From contig JAYWIR010000019.1 in the NCBI GenBank assembly GCA_036172245.1, forward strand, positions 3,100,001-3,164,000: a stretch of DNA of 64,000 nt, given 5' to 3'. How positions within the stretch are numbered: the first letter of the stretch is position 1; every line of letters begins with the position of its first letter. A model generated the notes under the pieces. It was not told where the DNA came from, made no database searches, and saw nothing but the letters and a program-made list of their open reading frames with translations. The position numbers and the translations under genes are program-made. Shown piece after piece: positions 26,130 through 40,600 of the stretch. This DNA is from Raillietiella orientalis (lineage: Eukaryota).

Positions 26130-26470
26130 AGTGAATGCAGATCTCGACGTGCGAATTCAGTCCTATACTCGTTGAGAACCTTGACTTTGGAAGCAGTAAT
26201 TTGGGAGATCGTGAATCCCTTCCTTCCGTTTTTGGCTCATGCTCACCTTCGAGACCTCTTTGAGACTCCCTACGGGACGTATGACCTTGAGACGAGTCCA
26301 GAAATGGCTGGTCGAGAACACGCAGCACAATTCCGTTTCCGCTCTGCACTAGGGCTCACCAGGGAAACACAGGCTTATGCACACTTGGTATGGAACTCTA
26401 TGGGCATGCTCGAGGCCCACATCGGAACACTGCAGCGAGCTCTTCGGTTCCGTAGTGGTCATTCTCTCTA
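26130..26470 (+). mobile_element. Decayed LINE RT C-terminal fragment (possibly CR1/L2/Jockey-like)
   Basis: AYAHLVWNSMGMLEAHIGTLQRALRF resembles the LEYAxxVWNP...LExVQRRAxR region. Confidence 0.3.
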
Positions 26471-27199
26471 AGAGCAATGATCGCGGAAAAATCGCATCGA
26501 ATTGGAAAGGGGAAAACACCATAGAAACTTTCGAAAGATGACACCAGATGGCTCTGCCCAGAGTGGAATTACGCAACCACCCTGCCATCTACTAATGGTC
26601 TCTCTCCCCACGCATCACCTCTCCCAACATGGGAACTCTGTGACGCATTTCAAGAGGTCAGAGATTCCAGATGAGAAAGGAGACTGCTTAAGCGGCATTT
26701 GTGCCTGTATTCTTTTTTTTTTTTTTGGGCCCGTTTCATCTGCCACGTATGCTCTTCAGAACCAAATCTTGGAGAACATCCGGTGTTTTTTCCCGATCCC
26801 TAGTGGAATCGAATGCACCATCGTGGAACTGGAATGGCTAGACTCCCAGGAAACAGGCCGGAGGTGGAGGAGCCATGCTTTTACAAGCTTCGATGAACTC
26901 CTTCCTTCCTTCCTTCTCCAGCTCCGGGAACCAAAGCCTTGGGTAAAGATGTGAACTTCCGAGATGAGAAGAGGGGATGCCACGAAACCTAACCGCCGGG
27001 GATGCAATGGACCGCGATAACTAACAGGGGGGGGACGAAGATGGCAATGATTCTGGATGAACATTACCGTGGCTCTCGTCTGCTATGATCAAAGAACCAA
27101 TCAGGTCGAGGAGACAGCGCGGTTCGGGAAAGGTGGCGACTGCATCGTCCATCGTTTCCACCGCAACTTGGGGGAGTGCGGCAGTCTCTGGAGATGCAG

Positions 27200-27520
27200 A
27201 GAGGACGACTAAAGACGGGACCGTGTGATTCGGGCTGCCGATCATTGTAACGGACCTGAACAGGTGATCCGTACGCTCGAATTTGCCACCGCCGAGATCC
27301 CGGGCACGCTTCAGATGTGGAGAGCGGAAAGCTCGTTGAACGGTGCTTCATCGGATGGACCAATCTGGCTGTCCGAAGCCGCATCGCCGATCTGATCTCA
27401 CTCTCGAGACTGCATGAACGGGTACCTTCTCCCCTTGCAAAGCCATTTCAAGAAGCTCATTGCCAATACCTGCTTTTCTCCTTACCGGAGAACTCTTTAC
27501 CGTGGGCCACCAGGACACCA
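27200..27520 (+). mobile_element. Decayed gag-like ORF1 fragment (I/R1-type)
   Basis: LVERCFIGWTNLAVRSRI resembles the pre-zinc-knuckle LPxxIxIGWxxxxVRxY motif. Confidence 0.3.
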
Positions 27521-29343
27521 GACCTTCGTCTTGCTTCAGGGAGACTCTCTCCTTAAGCCAAGAACACAGAAAAGAAAAGACTAGAAATCAGATGATTCAG
27601 ATGCATGTAAGGTGTACGAAAGTACTTAGTACAGCTTGCTGAAGCCTTCCGTAGACAAACACACACACAAAAAAGGACTATAACAAGTGAGCTACTTGAA
27701 TGCAGCTCGCCGTAGCGCCCTACCTTTTTTTTTTTTTGATTGCTGCCATGTTGATCAAACTCTGACGTCACGCTTCGAAGCCAGACTTGAGTTTTCAAGC
27801 TGCTGACTGTGCTGAAGAGCACTCGCTTGTGTCCCGATGGCAAGGATCGTCGCTTCGCCTCATGTCACGGACTACGTGGGACGGCGTTCACCTCACTTCT
27901 TGCCGATAGGAAGAGATAGGATGCGATTTTTTCTATCAAGTACCTTCCGCAGGATGAGCTGCTTGGAGCTATCCCGCCTCGCCTACGTTTCGCCTCAAAG
28001 CCGGATGCAGGACACTTAGCGGATCGTACCGGAGCAACAGCCTAGCTTCGTTACCGGGTCTGTAACCAATGGATATGAACACGAATGATCCACTCTGCAT
28101 AAGTGAACGAGATGAAAAAGAAAGAGACAGGTATAGAAAGTTCCGAGGAAACATTCGTTGGTAGATCAATCAGTATGCTGGGATGCAGCGCCGTCCGTGA
28201 GGCTGAGATACGAGTGACAGTATGCCGCACATTATCCAAATAGTAATAGAGCTAGAGGAACGGAAGATCCACCAATATAGCACCAGCACCAAATGTATTT
28301 TGTCTACTCGTCTTCATTTTCATGTTACGCAACCCTTACATCCGTGGAATGTATGGAACTGAGGATTAGGAAATTGAGTGTCCGGAGCGAATTGGAGAGA
28401 GGTGAAGAGAACTGGCGAGGAGCTTGCACTGAAGTAGTCTTCGGAGGCTGGAGCATAGCGCGTGGACTTCAGCTCCGAAACGCATTACTACATGTTTGAA
28501 CGTGTCCTCGTCGTTCATGATAGAACATAATTAGCTAGATGAAGTGACGCGGAGTTGCCGAGATCTCTCTCGAGACAAGACGGAATGTGGAATAACCGAG
28601 ATGGAGTCTCATCGCGTCTCGGAAAGACCAATAATCGAAAGCTGGAGCTGCTTCTTTTCCACCGATTCCAAGTGGAACTCAAGTCTGCTAAGAAAAGGTC
28701 TGCGTTCTCTAGCAGCAAACTAGGGCGCAGCATCCGCAGCAAGGCGTAGCTCGTGCTGAAAAGGATGGGAGCCTTTCTGTCGCCGAAGACCTGCCGCAAA
28801 CCACCTGTCGCAACGCGCACACCATCGCGGAAAGCAAAACTGCTGAGCAGGTTCGGCGGCTCCTCAAGTCCTCGATCCCAATTCCCTTATTTTATTTTAT
28901 TTTTGTTTTCCTTTTTTTATTTGTGCAGTTCGCTCTTCGTTTGACACGAGTTGGCTCTGCGACCCTCCTCCTGGAAACCCTCCGTCTGTCGAGGGGTCCC
29001 CGTTTGCCCCTGTCATTGCATCATCTTTTCATCCTTTCCGTGTTCGAGAGAAGCGGAACACAGGACGTGCACGGATCCACATTGGAAGCACCTTCACCAA
29101 TTGCGCGTCGGTTTTACTCTGCAATGAAACTGCTTTCCCCTGCTTCGGAGAGGAGAACGTGCGTTTGCAGCCCAAATCTGTGTGACATCTGCGTCATCAC
29201 GATTACGATAACGGCGCCTCACCAGTCCTTAAAGGATCATTCTGAAATCCAATTGGACAAATCAATATGGCTTACTCACGGTTCTATGTAGAGCCCCATC
29301 GATTTTTCTCAGGCGCTCACGGCTCCAGGCAATTGGGCACCTT

Positions 29344-29368
29344 TGTGTGTGTGTGTGTGTGTGTGTGT
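29344..29368. repeat. (TG)n microsatellite
   Basis: Directly visible TG run. Confidence 0.95.
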
Positions 29369-32300
29369 TCCCCCTCTTCTTTCCTGTCTTTGTCTGGAAC
29401 ACTTCACCTAGTAATCATTTCCTCATGTGACAGCAACATCACTTCCCTTTGTTACTTGAATGGGTTTCCTTAGTTTTCCTGTTTCAATTGAGAAAGATGA
29501 GGTATAATTTCAATAACTTCCTTATGTTAATGAACTTATAACTAACTTAACAGTTGGTTTTATGGTTGCATTCTTCCTCGCACTGAAATTTGTTTGCTGA
29601 AGTATCGTACTTTTATTGTTTATTTTCGATTTTGTAAGAGCAGGAAACAGAGAGCGGATCGTAGGAGGCTCTACACCTTTTACTCACATCGAAAACAGGC
29701 TTCTCGAGTTAATTATAGGATTAACACGTGCGAAAATTACATCAAAAATGAGTTGTCGTCGTTTCTCCATTAAGTGTCTTGATGATTAGCTCTCTTTCCG
29801 TTACCATGCTTACCAGCACTTGTTCGACTACCCTCACCCGTGGTGAACAGAGACTTTCCTCCCATGCTGAGCTGTAGGGGAAAGAAAGAAAGTTCTGCCT
29901 TGGCTGAGATTTGCAGCCATCCTCAAAAGAGAGTTCTTGATTGATACAAGGGATATGGAGTTTATGCCATCTGGAGAAAAATGTGATGATCCAACGAAAT
30001 GAGCAGAGTGTTGGTTCCCTCCCTCCCAAAAAACATGTAAACAAATCGAATTTATTACATCTGAAGAAACTGCAAATAGCAAGAGCCAGAGTAGTAGCAG
30101 AAAAAAAACAGATATCACTTGTGGAAATGCTGGAAGTGTGCAATGGGATTTTTCACAAAGTTGCATGAAACTGCCTGCTCTTGCCAGCCTTCTTCTGAGC
30201 GCAGGTTTCGAATCGGTTTGGCATTGATTTCAAGTTCCCACTTTTCCTTCTCTTTCAGAGGATTGCCTGCAGACGATAACTGGCACTCAAAATGTCATCC
30301 CGATGTTAACTAAGTCTGAAAGACAAAGTGCAGGACAGAAGAGCAGCGTGTACCTCCTGCAAAACTTTCAAGTTGCAGGCTGAATTAGCAGGTGACTGAA
30401 ACTGAAACCTTATTTGGAGTGCTTGTTTCAGCATCAGTATCATCATAAATACTGCAAAGACGTTTTCAATGAACACAACCAATAGGATCAATAGCAAATG
30501 TCTTCGTTTTAGAACACAACAGACATGTATAATAACAGGGCCGCAGTTTCATCCTACTGACTTATGATTATAATCTGAAATGAAGCATAGATTAACCGAG
30601 ACATCTATACTCGTCCCCCTTGGATAACATGTCACTTCTAGAAAATTTACAAAATTGCAAAATTCTCCAGACGATCAATGGAGGGTTCGTTGTTACCAAG
30701 TTCCCATGTCATTTCGAACAGCACATGCTAAACTCCCATTCACGAATGCCTTTTTTTCAAAATTCAAATTAAATCTCCTGAGTGTTGCAAATTCGAAGAT
30801 GGACACACATAGATATTTTCCCCAATTAGAATTTGCCTCGTTTCATAGTTTTAATGGTATCTCGGGCTGTCTTGGTTGTGTCTTTTCCATCTTTCGTGAG
30901 ATCTAAAAGCTATCTTGATGAAAAACTCAATCTTCTTTGAAAGTGAATATAGTGACCTGAGTACTAAGTGAGCCACCCACATTCGTGCTTCTCATTAAAT
31001 TAGCCTGTCTTAAAAAATAAAAGAATATCGTGCTCACTATTCGAAGTGTTCAAAATTCACGGTGTTCTTTGCATATGAGTGCACTGAGCAGATCGAAGTT
31101 GCTTCCATTCCTTTATATCCTACATCACTGCTCTGACAGGACCACCCAAAAAGATATTTTCAAGTCTTGAAAGGAACAGTATGAGGGATTCCTCACACTG
31201 TTTCTTTCTAAACTGAACTTATGTTCTGCAAACTCGAACACTTCCAGCACACTGGAATTTCAAACAAATTTGCTGTTCTGACTTCAAATGCTATCACTGC
31301 ATGTAGTGAATTCCTTTTAAAAAAAAATAAAGCTATTCTCATGCGTGCCTTTTAAAATAATTTCCACCTTCATCTTAGTGCATGAAAGCAAATAAAGTGC
31401 TACTCAGAGGAAAACATAATTTCAAAAATAGGGACCATCAAAGAAAAACTAAGGAAAAACTTGAAAACGCTGAGAACTCGATAAAACAGTTTCTGTAAGT
31501 TATACGTAAAAAGTAAAATGCTTTCTGGGAAGTGTCTATTACAGTTAATAGAATCCTGAATTTCAAGACAGTTTATATATGAGATGCAAAAAAATGAAAT
31601 GGAAACTTTTATCATTTTGCAAAGCAATCATTCAGATGAAATGCGCTTTCAGGCAATGTAAATCACGTGATTTCTGAGCACCCTGGGAACACCGTGTCTG
31701 GAAAGTAGGAAAAACTCGTTCGATAAATAATTTCATAAACAAGCTGAAATAACTAAAGTCCACTTTTTTTCGATTCGTAGGCGATCACTCTTCAACAGTA
31801 TTTTGAATATTATCATTTATGCTAATTAATGCCCAGTCTTGAAAAAAAAAAAAAAAAGAGGATTCGTTCAAGAAGATGGCATAAATTTGCTTTCATTCCA
31901 GAAATACTTAGCGTTGAGATTTGCTGATGTCATTAGAAATACTATGAAAAAGAGATAGAGGGGAAAAGGCAAAACTCTAGTATAAAGATACCTCTAGCTT
32001 TGGAATGATACAAGTGATCATAAGTTGGAGTCTGTGACGGTACAGATGTGGTTATGAGACACAAAAAAAAATTAGCATTCTACGGACTGATCTCAAAAAC
32101 TAACTCTTGCAGTGATTATTTAGTCATCACACAAGTTAGTGTGAGTGAATCAGAAATGAAATAATCAGTTCCAGAATTAATCAGATTTCCAAGTTCTCAA
32201 AATTTCAGTGATTCTCCATCATAAGAGTATCAAAAGGGTACAAAATGGAAGGCAAAGGAGCTTTTCAAGAAGGGAAGCTATGTAAAGATTTGAAATAGAA

Positions 32301-35300
32301 GAGTTTACTTTGAAGATATCAAAGTCCATCTCGGATCCATATAATCAAAAGTCGGCGAACATATAAGATCTTTGAGAGGCATTCTGGAGTATTTCACAAT
32401 ATTAAACTTGTGAAAAGGAAAAGTCTTAGGTATCCAGAATAATATTTTGTCCAGTGGAACCAACATTGGTTCCAATGATAGTTTTAATAGGGAAATCTGC
32501 CTAAGCACATTATATGTACAATAAAGTCAACAAGAACAAGACTAGCAAGCACTTAGTCTTGCTTGAGCAGTGGAATAAGAACACACACAGATCTTTTCAA
32601 TCATGTGTTGAGAAATTCACTTTGCTTTTGTTCAAAAAGACCAAAGCAAGGATCGTATTAAAGTTGTTGTGCATATCTTTCTCTAACTATCCATCTCTTC
32701 ACGTCCAGTTCCTTCACATTCATTCATAACATGACTTCATGTTGAGAATTTTCTTATTCACGCCATGAAAAAAAAAAAGTTGCTCTGCTCAAGAAAAGAA
32801 AGATCAGAACCAAAATCCCTTTACTCAGCTTCACTACATCCATTACTTTGTGTACTAATCACCAACAATAATTATAGCTGCCCAATATTCTAGAGGACAG
32901 AGATATTGCTTGTGTACATTTCGTGAATTCCAGCATCAGAAACAAATAATTATTGAATTAAGAGCAGAACATTCGAACAATTATCAGTTTTTGCACACAC
33001 ACACACATATATGTAAAACTGATAACTACTCGAATGCATATAAATCTATGCACACGCAAATAATTGCATCTTGGTTTCCCTTGATGTCATTAATAAAGAA
33101 AGCAGAACGAATCTTTCCTATAAAATTTTCTGCATAATGGTGTCCACAGTTCACTAGTATTCTACTAGAACACTTTCACGGAATTACCTAGTAAATTTAG
33201 AACGTTGGTTCTATGTAATGCATATTTTTGGAATTATAATCATAATTATAGACGATACGTTATTTTCCTGTAATGCAGACGTTTTGTGGATTTCGTTTGA
33301 CGGCGCGATGGCGGCTGAACATTTAAAATCCGTTGGAGAATGCATGCCTTCCTTTCACGTACCGGGGGTGGTGCACAGGCTTAAAGTTGAGTGAAATTTA
33401 CCTTTTTAGCAAAAGCAATGAGAATTAACTATTACAGAGGTCCCCTGAGTTTAGGTCCTTTCGTAGCAGTTATCCATTGCTCAAAGTTATGTTAATTCAT
33501 GCCAACAGTTCTCCAAGATGTGTATGTCTAATATATTTTAGAGGAATTCAGAGTATCTGTAGAAAGTCGAATATTATTAATTGTGTTTGTTTTATAAGCT
33601 TAAATGTGGTGTGAAATCTGAATAAAAGGATTCCAATCACGAAAAAACATTCTTTTAAACTTCAGCGATTTTCGCAACACTTCACTAGAACTTTTTGACC
33701 TTATGATATGATAATCCTAATAATTTAGAACTTAACAAACTTCTGCGTTTAAGTTCTTTGAATTTAGCAAACAATTATGTCAGTAAATAATTCACTTATT
33801 TGTAATGTGATTGTAAATGGCAAATACAGACTTTGTACAAATATATTCTTTGTAGTTGGTAAAACTTGGGGGATAAATTCAAAGCGGAATAACGAAGCAT
33901 CCAGTTTGCAAGATATGCTACTACTGAGGAATTTTAAATGCAAATTAACTTGCAATGAATGATAATTTGAGATGCTTCTATCACCCATCCAAATTCATGA
34001 AATGCTGTGTCATCTGATTCTTACCATGAGAGAGTCCATGACTACGTGAATACAAAGTAATTTTTTGACTACTCTTTCAACTGTTATTTTATTTGGAAAA
34101 CTACTTTTGGTTCCATTGTGTTTGTTTATTCATGTTACCTAAAGCTAGGGGTCAAGACAAGAAGTAACAAGAAAATTTGGATTTTCTCCATTTTCCTCAT
34201 GGGAAATCTATATTGTGGAAAGTCCATCCATAATTTATCAGTTCCATAATACTAGACGACATGTGCATATGTTTATGTACATACATGTGTTACATACATG
34301 TATATACATTTTCGGTTTGTCTTGACATCTAGATAATGTATTCCTTTTTGAAGAATCAGTCTTGCAGAGAAAAAAAAAAATAATCAACCTGAAAATTGCA
34401 ACAACGATAACAAGCTTTGAAAATATTAGATCTGATCAAATTCAGATATAAGCTTACAGTATATAAGTATTTCAAACATACATAAAGTTTTCATTCAGTT
34501 CAAAACAAAAACATCAAAAAATTGTTATAAATCTACACTATGTGGTGAAAGATATGTTGAGATTTCTGTGATAACATTGTTTGTGAATACTTCTGATCAC
34601 TTTCAATGTCAACAATTAAAGTTCTTTCACATTTTCTTTGGTTTTCAATTTTGCAGACACAAATTTGGAATGCTACAGTTACTGACATGCTATAATGAAA
34701 TGTTTGATAGAGAGAGAAATTATTTTTGAAAAGGGAGTTCTTGAACTTCAGATCCAGGCAGAGCATCTCAGTTTTCCATTCTTATTTCATCAAATGTGAA
34801 TGGATAGGAATACAGTGCACTCTGTTGCACTGTTTGTCCATTTAATTCAGGTGAACACACTCTTGAAGTGTTTAATTACGACATATAAAGTACTTTTTGA
34901 ATTTTTTTTACTAACTGCTCATCTATGTTGGAAATATAATCAACTTGTTCAAAATGCACATTTACACAACAGCTTAAAAACAGTTTGCAAATTGTTTGAA
35001 CTGCAAGTTTTTTCTCAATTTTTCTCCAAAGTGATGCTTTTTGATAGTAGTGATGCTCTTCATGACAGCTGCAACTTTTATGTGGGCCTCATAGATATCA
35101 AGCATGTAAACAGGGTACACAAATTTGAAGTTGAGCAGCAGTAACATTTTTTACCAAAAGCAGTGGAAATTAGTTCTTACAAAAATTCGCTAATTTAGAC
35201 CCTTTGGTTGCAGTTGTCACTAATGGGTCAAAGTATTTATGTTAATTATTTTCATGCCAATACTTCTCAGTATTTGCGTATTTAAAAGACAGTGTCTTTA

Positions 35301-35657
35301 ATTCAATTTGCTTTCAGCTAAAATCAAACAAACACATCTAACCTCAACCAGGACCAGGACTAATGTATAGATACTTAAAAGTATCTTTGTAAGTTTTTGG
35401 AGACATACAATAGTTTAGAAAAGAATTCAAAACAATTACTCCACTACAGAGCTCACAATCTTGATGAAACATGTTAAACGAGAAATGCATAAACCAAGAA
35501 ATACATGAATACCTCCTGACTCATAAGATTTTAATTTCCATGAGTGTTTAGATTATGGTTTGTAACCAAAGAGAGGTGGAGGGCATCAACAGAAAAAAGG
35601 AATATATTTTAATATTATGCACAACCATTCAGTTTCAGCATAAGTACAACTGGTAAC

Positions 35658-35663
35658 TTTATT
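35658..35663 (-). promoter_or_regulatory. Candidate polyadenylation signal of SNAPC2
   Basis: AATAAA on the minus strand about 85 nt after the stop codon. Confidence 0.5.
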
Positions 35664-35747
35664 TTAAACAACCTTACACAAAGCAGTTAAATATTTTCAT
35701 TATTGAATGCATAATTTAGTTTTCTGATAACTGAGTTCCACAGACAT

Positions 35748-36470
35748 TTACGTGTATAGTTCAGATGTTATCAATAAAATTTCCTTTACTAGATAATCAG
35801 ATGGCAGAAAAAATGGATTGAACACTTTATCACTCTGCATTTGTGCGATGACTTCCTCCATATTCCCACTTTGGAGCACAGCAGGAATAGAAAACAGAGG
35901 TGGTCCCTCTTTTGGATTTGGAAGAGTAGAAATACTTTTCAAAAATTCTTCCTCTTTATCCAAACATAATCGCTTCATTATAGAAGCCAGTGCTTTTAAC
36001 ATTTCAGTAACTTTAGCACTATTTTGAGGTGACAAATCCATGGCAGCATCACCATTTAATGCATTTGCTAAATACTGATAAATTTCTTTATAATTTACAC
36101 CATCTGCTTCTTCAGGTTTTGGATGATCTTCAGTAAATGCAGCCAGCAACAAACATTTCGATAACAACACAGTATGACGACTCCCGGGGGCACCTTCACA
36201 TGCATCCAACCATGTCTCAATGGGAGCAAGAGTTTGATGTCTTTTATAAAAGTAGTGACGTCCATTAAAATAACGAGTTCTTATAAATTCTGATACTTCA
36301 TTCAAAGTTTTATCAGGAACAGCTTCTTTAATTTTTTGTACATTTCTTACACCATATTTACACAGAGACTCATAAACTTTTAGTTTTTCTTCTTCTGTCC
36401 ATACTACACCCATACATATAGTACTTGGGTTAGTCTTTTTGGCAGACTTCCTAGTTCTTGGTTTGGCCAT
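35748..36470 (-). CDS. SNAPC2: snRNA-activating protein complex subunit 2 (SNAP45)-like, 240 aa, single coding exon
   Basis: Intact ATG-to-TAA ORF in AT-rich DNA. N-terminal SANT/Myb-like WTEEEKLKV...VPDKTLNEVSEFI, then APIETWLD, LLLAAFTE, VNYKEIYQYLA, LSPQNSAKVTEML and C-terminal FNPFFLPSDYL. These match in order the SNAPC2 motifs as recalled (APIEVW, VDFEKIYKYLS, LSAAESAVVLDLL, LNPFLVP). Confidence 0.82.
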   Translation of the reverse strand: MAKPRTRKSAKKTNPSTICMGVVWTEEEKLKVYESLCKYGVRNVQKIKEAVPDKTLNEVSEFIRTRYFNGRHYFYKRHQTLAPIETWLDACEGAPGSRHTVLLSKCLLLAAFTEDHPKPEEADGVNYKEIYQYLANALNGDAAMDLSPQNSAKVTEMLKALASIMKRLCLDKEEEFLKSISTLPNPKEGPPLFSIPAVLQSGNMEEVIAQMQSDKVFNPFFLPSDYLVKEILLITSELYT

Positions 36471-36507
36471 AAAGCTGAAACCCTATGTATGCATCAACCA
36501 GGATCTG

Positions 36508-37651
36508 CTACAAACAGAATCAAATGTTAAGCGCATTAATTTATTGTCCACTGCAAACTTTCATCAGTTGTTTTAAAAAGTTATGAAAGCAACTGAAGCG
36601 ACACACACACAGCAGATCACAAATACACAGCAAAAACGCACATGCTCGCGTCTTTGTTATCACCTAAACTACCATGGACTTAAAAAGAATAGAATTAGGC
36701 AGCAATAGAATTAAGCAGGAGGACTAACGGCACTTCATAAATTATACGCAAAGGAATTGTAAACTTGAACTTCAAGGACTGGGAATTATTTATGGCTTGC
36801 AAATTTATACATACAATTCTTTCAGATGGAAACCCTCCTCACTTTATAGCAAACCTGAAAACGACTCCACAGATTGAGCAACAAAATCCAATTTTTTGTT
36901 ATTGATAATCAGGCATATAGTACCAGCTATTAAAATAGCATTTGCTATTTCAGTTTATTATTTACACGCTAACCTCATCAAGTTGAAACTGGGTTGACGA
37001 TAATCTAAATTGATGGTAACCTATTTGGGGGAGGGGATGAAAAAATGCATCTTCGTTTGCAAATGTTTAGATTCTACCTTCAAAAGAGAGAAAGCAAAAA
37101 CAAAAGCGAGATTGTTTTCCTGTGTTATTTAAATAAGTGCCATTTTAATAGCTGTTCAGCCGCGAGCCCAGTGGCATTTTTTATCTCTTAGTACTTACGA
37201 AAGAGGTTTAATGTTTCGCAGTTTCTTTGATTGATGATTTTCATTTCATTTAGTGTCTGTTTTCTTAAAAAAATTTCATTTGGGGCTTCAGCAGACCTAG
37301 CTTTTTCCCATTAATTCAACCCTAGTAATGGAATTCGTCATTTCAGATGATATTTTGCTCAGTAGACAAATTTGGAAATTGAAGACCTAATTGACTTTCT
37401 AAGGCGGATCGGTAGAAAGATTAAAATTCTCAAATGAAGAGTATTTTCGAGGATTTCATGTGAAGAAGAAAACTGGCGGGGTGCAGGCAACCCTGTTCCT
37501 TCGCCTTTAACAAATACTTAATCGTTGCTTATTTACACGTGGAAATAACCGTGAAGGCTGAAGATAGAGGACCTTACAGGAGCTGATATCAAAAAAAAAC
37601 AAAAACAAACAGAAAGGTAATTGAAATCCCAAGGCGTAGAGAAAAGCTCAC
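36508..37651 (-). other. Putative 5' UTR intron of SNAPC2
   Basis: Acceptor TTCTGTTTGTAG|CAG (tandem NAGNAG) about 37 nt upstream of the ATG; best nearby donor CACG|GTGAGC at 37651. The pairing is inferred. Confidence 0.4.
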
Positions 37652-40600
37652 CGTGGATGCCTTATATTTCAAAAGAAGGGATGATTTGATAATTTTAAGC
37701 ACACTGCGAACGTGCTGAAAACGAAAGCTGAGATGAAATTGTTAACCAGCTCGGTGTTCATTATGTTCAACATGATAATCTCATGTAGGCTCCCAAGTGC
37801 CCATCCATGATGAGGATGCTTCTAAGGATGCCGCTATTCCGTGTTGTTTTATCAAACGAATGGAATATGTGATTACCTCTCCTTGAAAAATCATTTGATT
37901 TGAGTTCTGTGTGTTTGAGTTGCTTGTGGGTTTGATTTTTTGTTGCACTTCCTGTTATATGATGACACGTGATGAGGAGTAAAAACTTCACTCGAGTGAT
38001 TCCATGAGAACGTCTACGCCGGAACCGCATAATTGGAACTCCAGGTGTTCTTCGGGCCATATTTTTTCTGTGATCACTTTAACTCGCTTATACAAACAGC
38101 AATACCTTTTTAAGATATCCTCATGCTTTCTCCAGGTGTCCAGAAGCAGCTACATGAGACACCTTGCAACTCGTGGCTCGAAAACGTTTCCTGTTGTGCC
38201 CCAGTTCTATTTGATCCTGCCTCTTAGTCACTGCTTTGAATTAAGAGCGTCCACTGCTTTGAGTATGAGGTGTGCTTGTACAGAATGTCAGACCACGCAC
38301 ATTTCGTCATAGGTCCCCAATGCATTGTAAATTTTGTGTTTTCGTCTTTTCTACTTGAGCTCTATATGTGCTCTATTCAGGAGGATCTGAATCAGCTACA
38401 TAAGAGGAGTGAGTAATACTTGGGTGCAGTCTTTTATAGAAGACTTTTCTGACTATTCTTGGTATTCCTACTCAGATTCGAAGAACAATAAGTTTCCAGT
38501 CTCTCCCTTTTTTGTATCTTGCAGATTTTCCTATTCACGAAGAACACACCGTCTCTTCGTGTAAAGAAGTGTCTCTGTTTGCTTTGTTAAATTTATGGCA
38601 GACTTCAAGGAAGATCCATTAAGGTCACCAGACCCAAATCACTTCACATCTTTCTAGTCTGCCAGGAGTGTCCACTACGCTGATTCATCACCGATGAAAA
38701 AATCAGCATAGATTTGAACGCAATGTTCTGTAACTCAACCCGAGGCTAACTGATCGGACAAAAACTTCCTGGGAGAAGCTGAAATGATTAGCGAGAGGAA
38801 ATCGGGAGCAGCTAGACATACAAACAAATGAAAACCTTGCCAAGATTCCTTCTCGTCTTCCCAGGGAGAGTTCACTGAAAGCGACAGTTACATGACTCCG
38901 TTTTTGGAGAAAATGCACTGCAAATATTCTAGGAAAAGAGAGTTCCCTGGATCAGAGTTCTAAGGAGGTGGGCAAAAGAACCAGTGCTACATAGTAAAGG
39001 GAAACAGAGACTCAGTATCCAATATACATATGTGTATTTCTCCTATGGAGCTATAGTGCGTGGATGTTGGTAATTGATGAGTTCCCCGAGATCTTGCAAA
39101 AGTTCGAAGAGTTCGTAACCTCATTTCGGTTGGCAGTCCACCAATAGCCATACCTTCATATTCCAAGAAAGGTCTCTTTTAGCAGAGGATAAGGTTGAAT
39201 TTTTTTTTTTTTTTTTTTTTGGGGGGGGGGGATCTTCTCATTACGTTTTAACATCTCGCAATCTAATCTAAGAGAGTTCTCTGCAAGAAAAGAAACAGTC
39301 AGTCTATCGGATAGGATCCTTTCAAGTCATGGAGAAAAGCAGCAGAAGAGATGCCTACGAAACTTCTACAAATGAATGGAGGAATGCGAAGAAAGTCAAA
39401 TGTCTATGCGATTTGCTTCGCTGGCAAACCTGGGAGCACCATTCCTCACGCTGATTTTCGGAAGATTTCGAAGGACAATCCCTGTGATTGCATTTTGAGA
39501 ATTCCTTCTTTGAATCTCAAGAGGTAATTTTGCATACAAATGGAATTCAAGCAAAGACTGTAAAGATTAAAAAACATTAATAATAATGGGTTCAATATCG
39601 GCCAGATGCTTTCAAGTCACTGGGTCCTGTGGATCACAGCAATTCATGAAGGCCACGATAGGAAACACGTCCTTGCCTAAGTGATATCGCAGAAGATATA
39701 GACAAAGTCTCCTTAGAGCTCTTTAGAGTTGCATCAGTTGTGACCGGTCGAAACACGCAGGAAATGGTGCCAAACTTCCCTCCGGGCACTAACAACGACT
39801 GGATTGGGTCGTAGCTTTTTGGAAGAACGCTCGAGCCGGACAGCGACTTTCCGAGATCATGGTCCATAGTGATCTGTCTGAATTCTCCTGAGGGGCTATG
39901 AGGAGCGTGGAAGGCGAAATAACTTGAAGTAAATTTATTCAATAGGTAGACGATCCAAAAAGATGTGTAACGAGAGTCCTATGAAAGATGGGGAGTCTTA
40001 ATAGCTGCTCGTGAACGATGTAAACATCTTCAGAGGCACAATTTCCTTTTTTTTTTTATTTCCGTGAAGATTTACTTGTTGGATTTACCTGTTGGAATCG
40101 AAGTTCACTGCTGGCAGGAAGAGGAGCACTTTGACTATCTCAGTGATCAGCTCTGTTTGAAAAGATTTGTAAATTGTAAACCCTTTCAGGGTTGCACGTG
40201 CCTTTATGATTTCGATGGAACTATAATAACAAGAAGCTAATTCAGAGGACGGAACGGAGTTGCTCCGAGATCTGGCTGATGCTGTTCATATCAGCTCCAG
40301 AATCGAGCATTGAATAAGCAGCAGTGATGAACTTGATTGAATGTGGATGCAGGCTCGTTTTCCCGTTGGATTCATTCCATTGAAAAATGCTTTCCAAGAC
40401 AATCCTGTGCGTTTTGGATTCGCGGAGGCGAGTCCTTTTGTGGGATACAGCTGCTGCTGCTGCTGTCTGCGTTTCCATCAAGCAAGAGTACGTCGCTTGG
40501 TGTTCAATCACGAAACAAGGTCAGCTTCAGAGGGAGAACCTTGGTTTCGAGATGTTGCTTCCCTTTTCAGGAACATGAGGTTCAGAAAAGTGTGGCTTTT

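Noticed and set aside
28290..28930. Possible further Tx1-like 3' end with T-rich tail
   Set aside because: Knuckle and terminal motifs are too degraded to support a call by eye.
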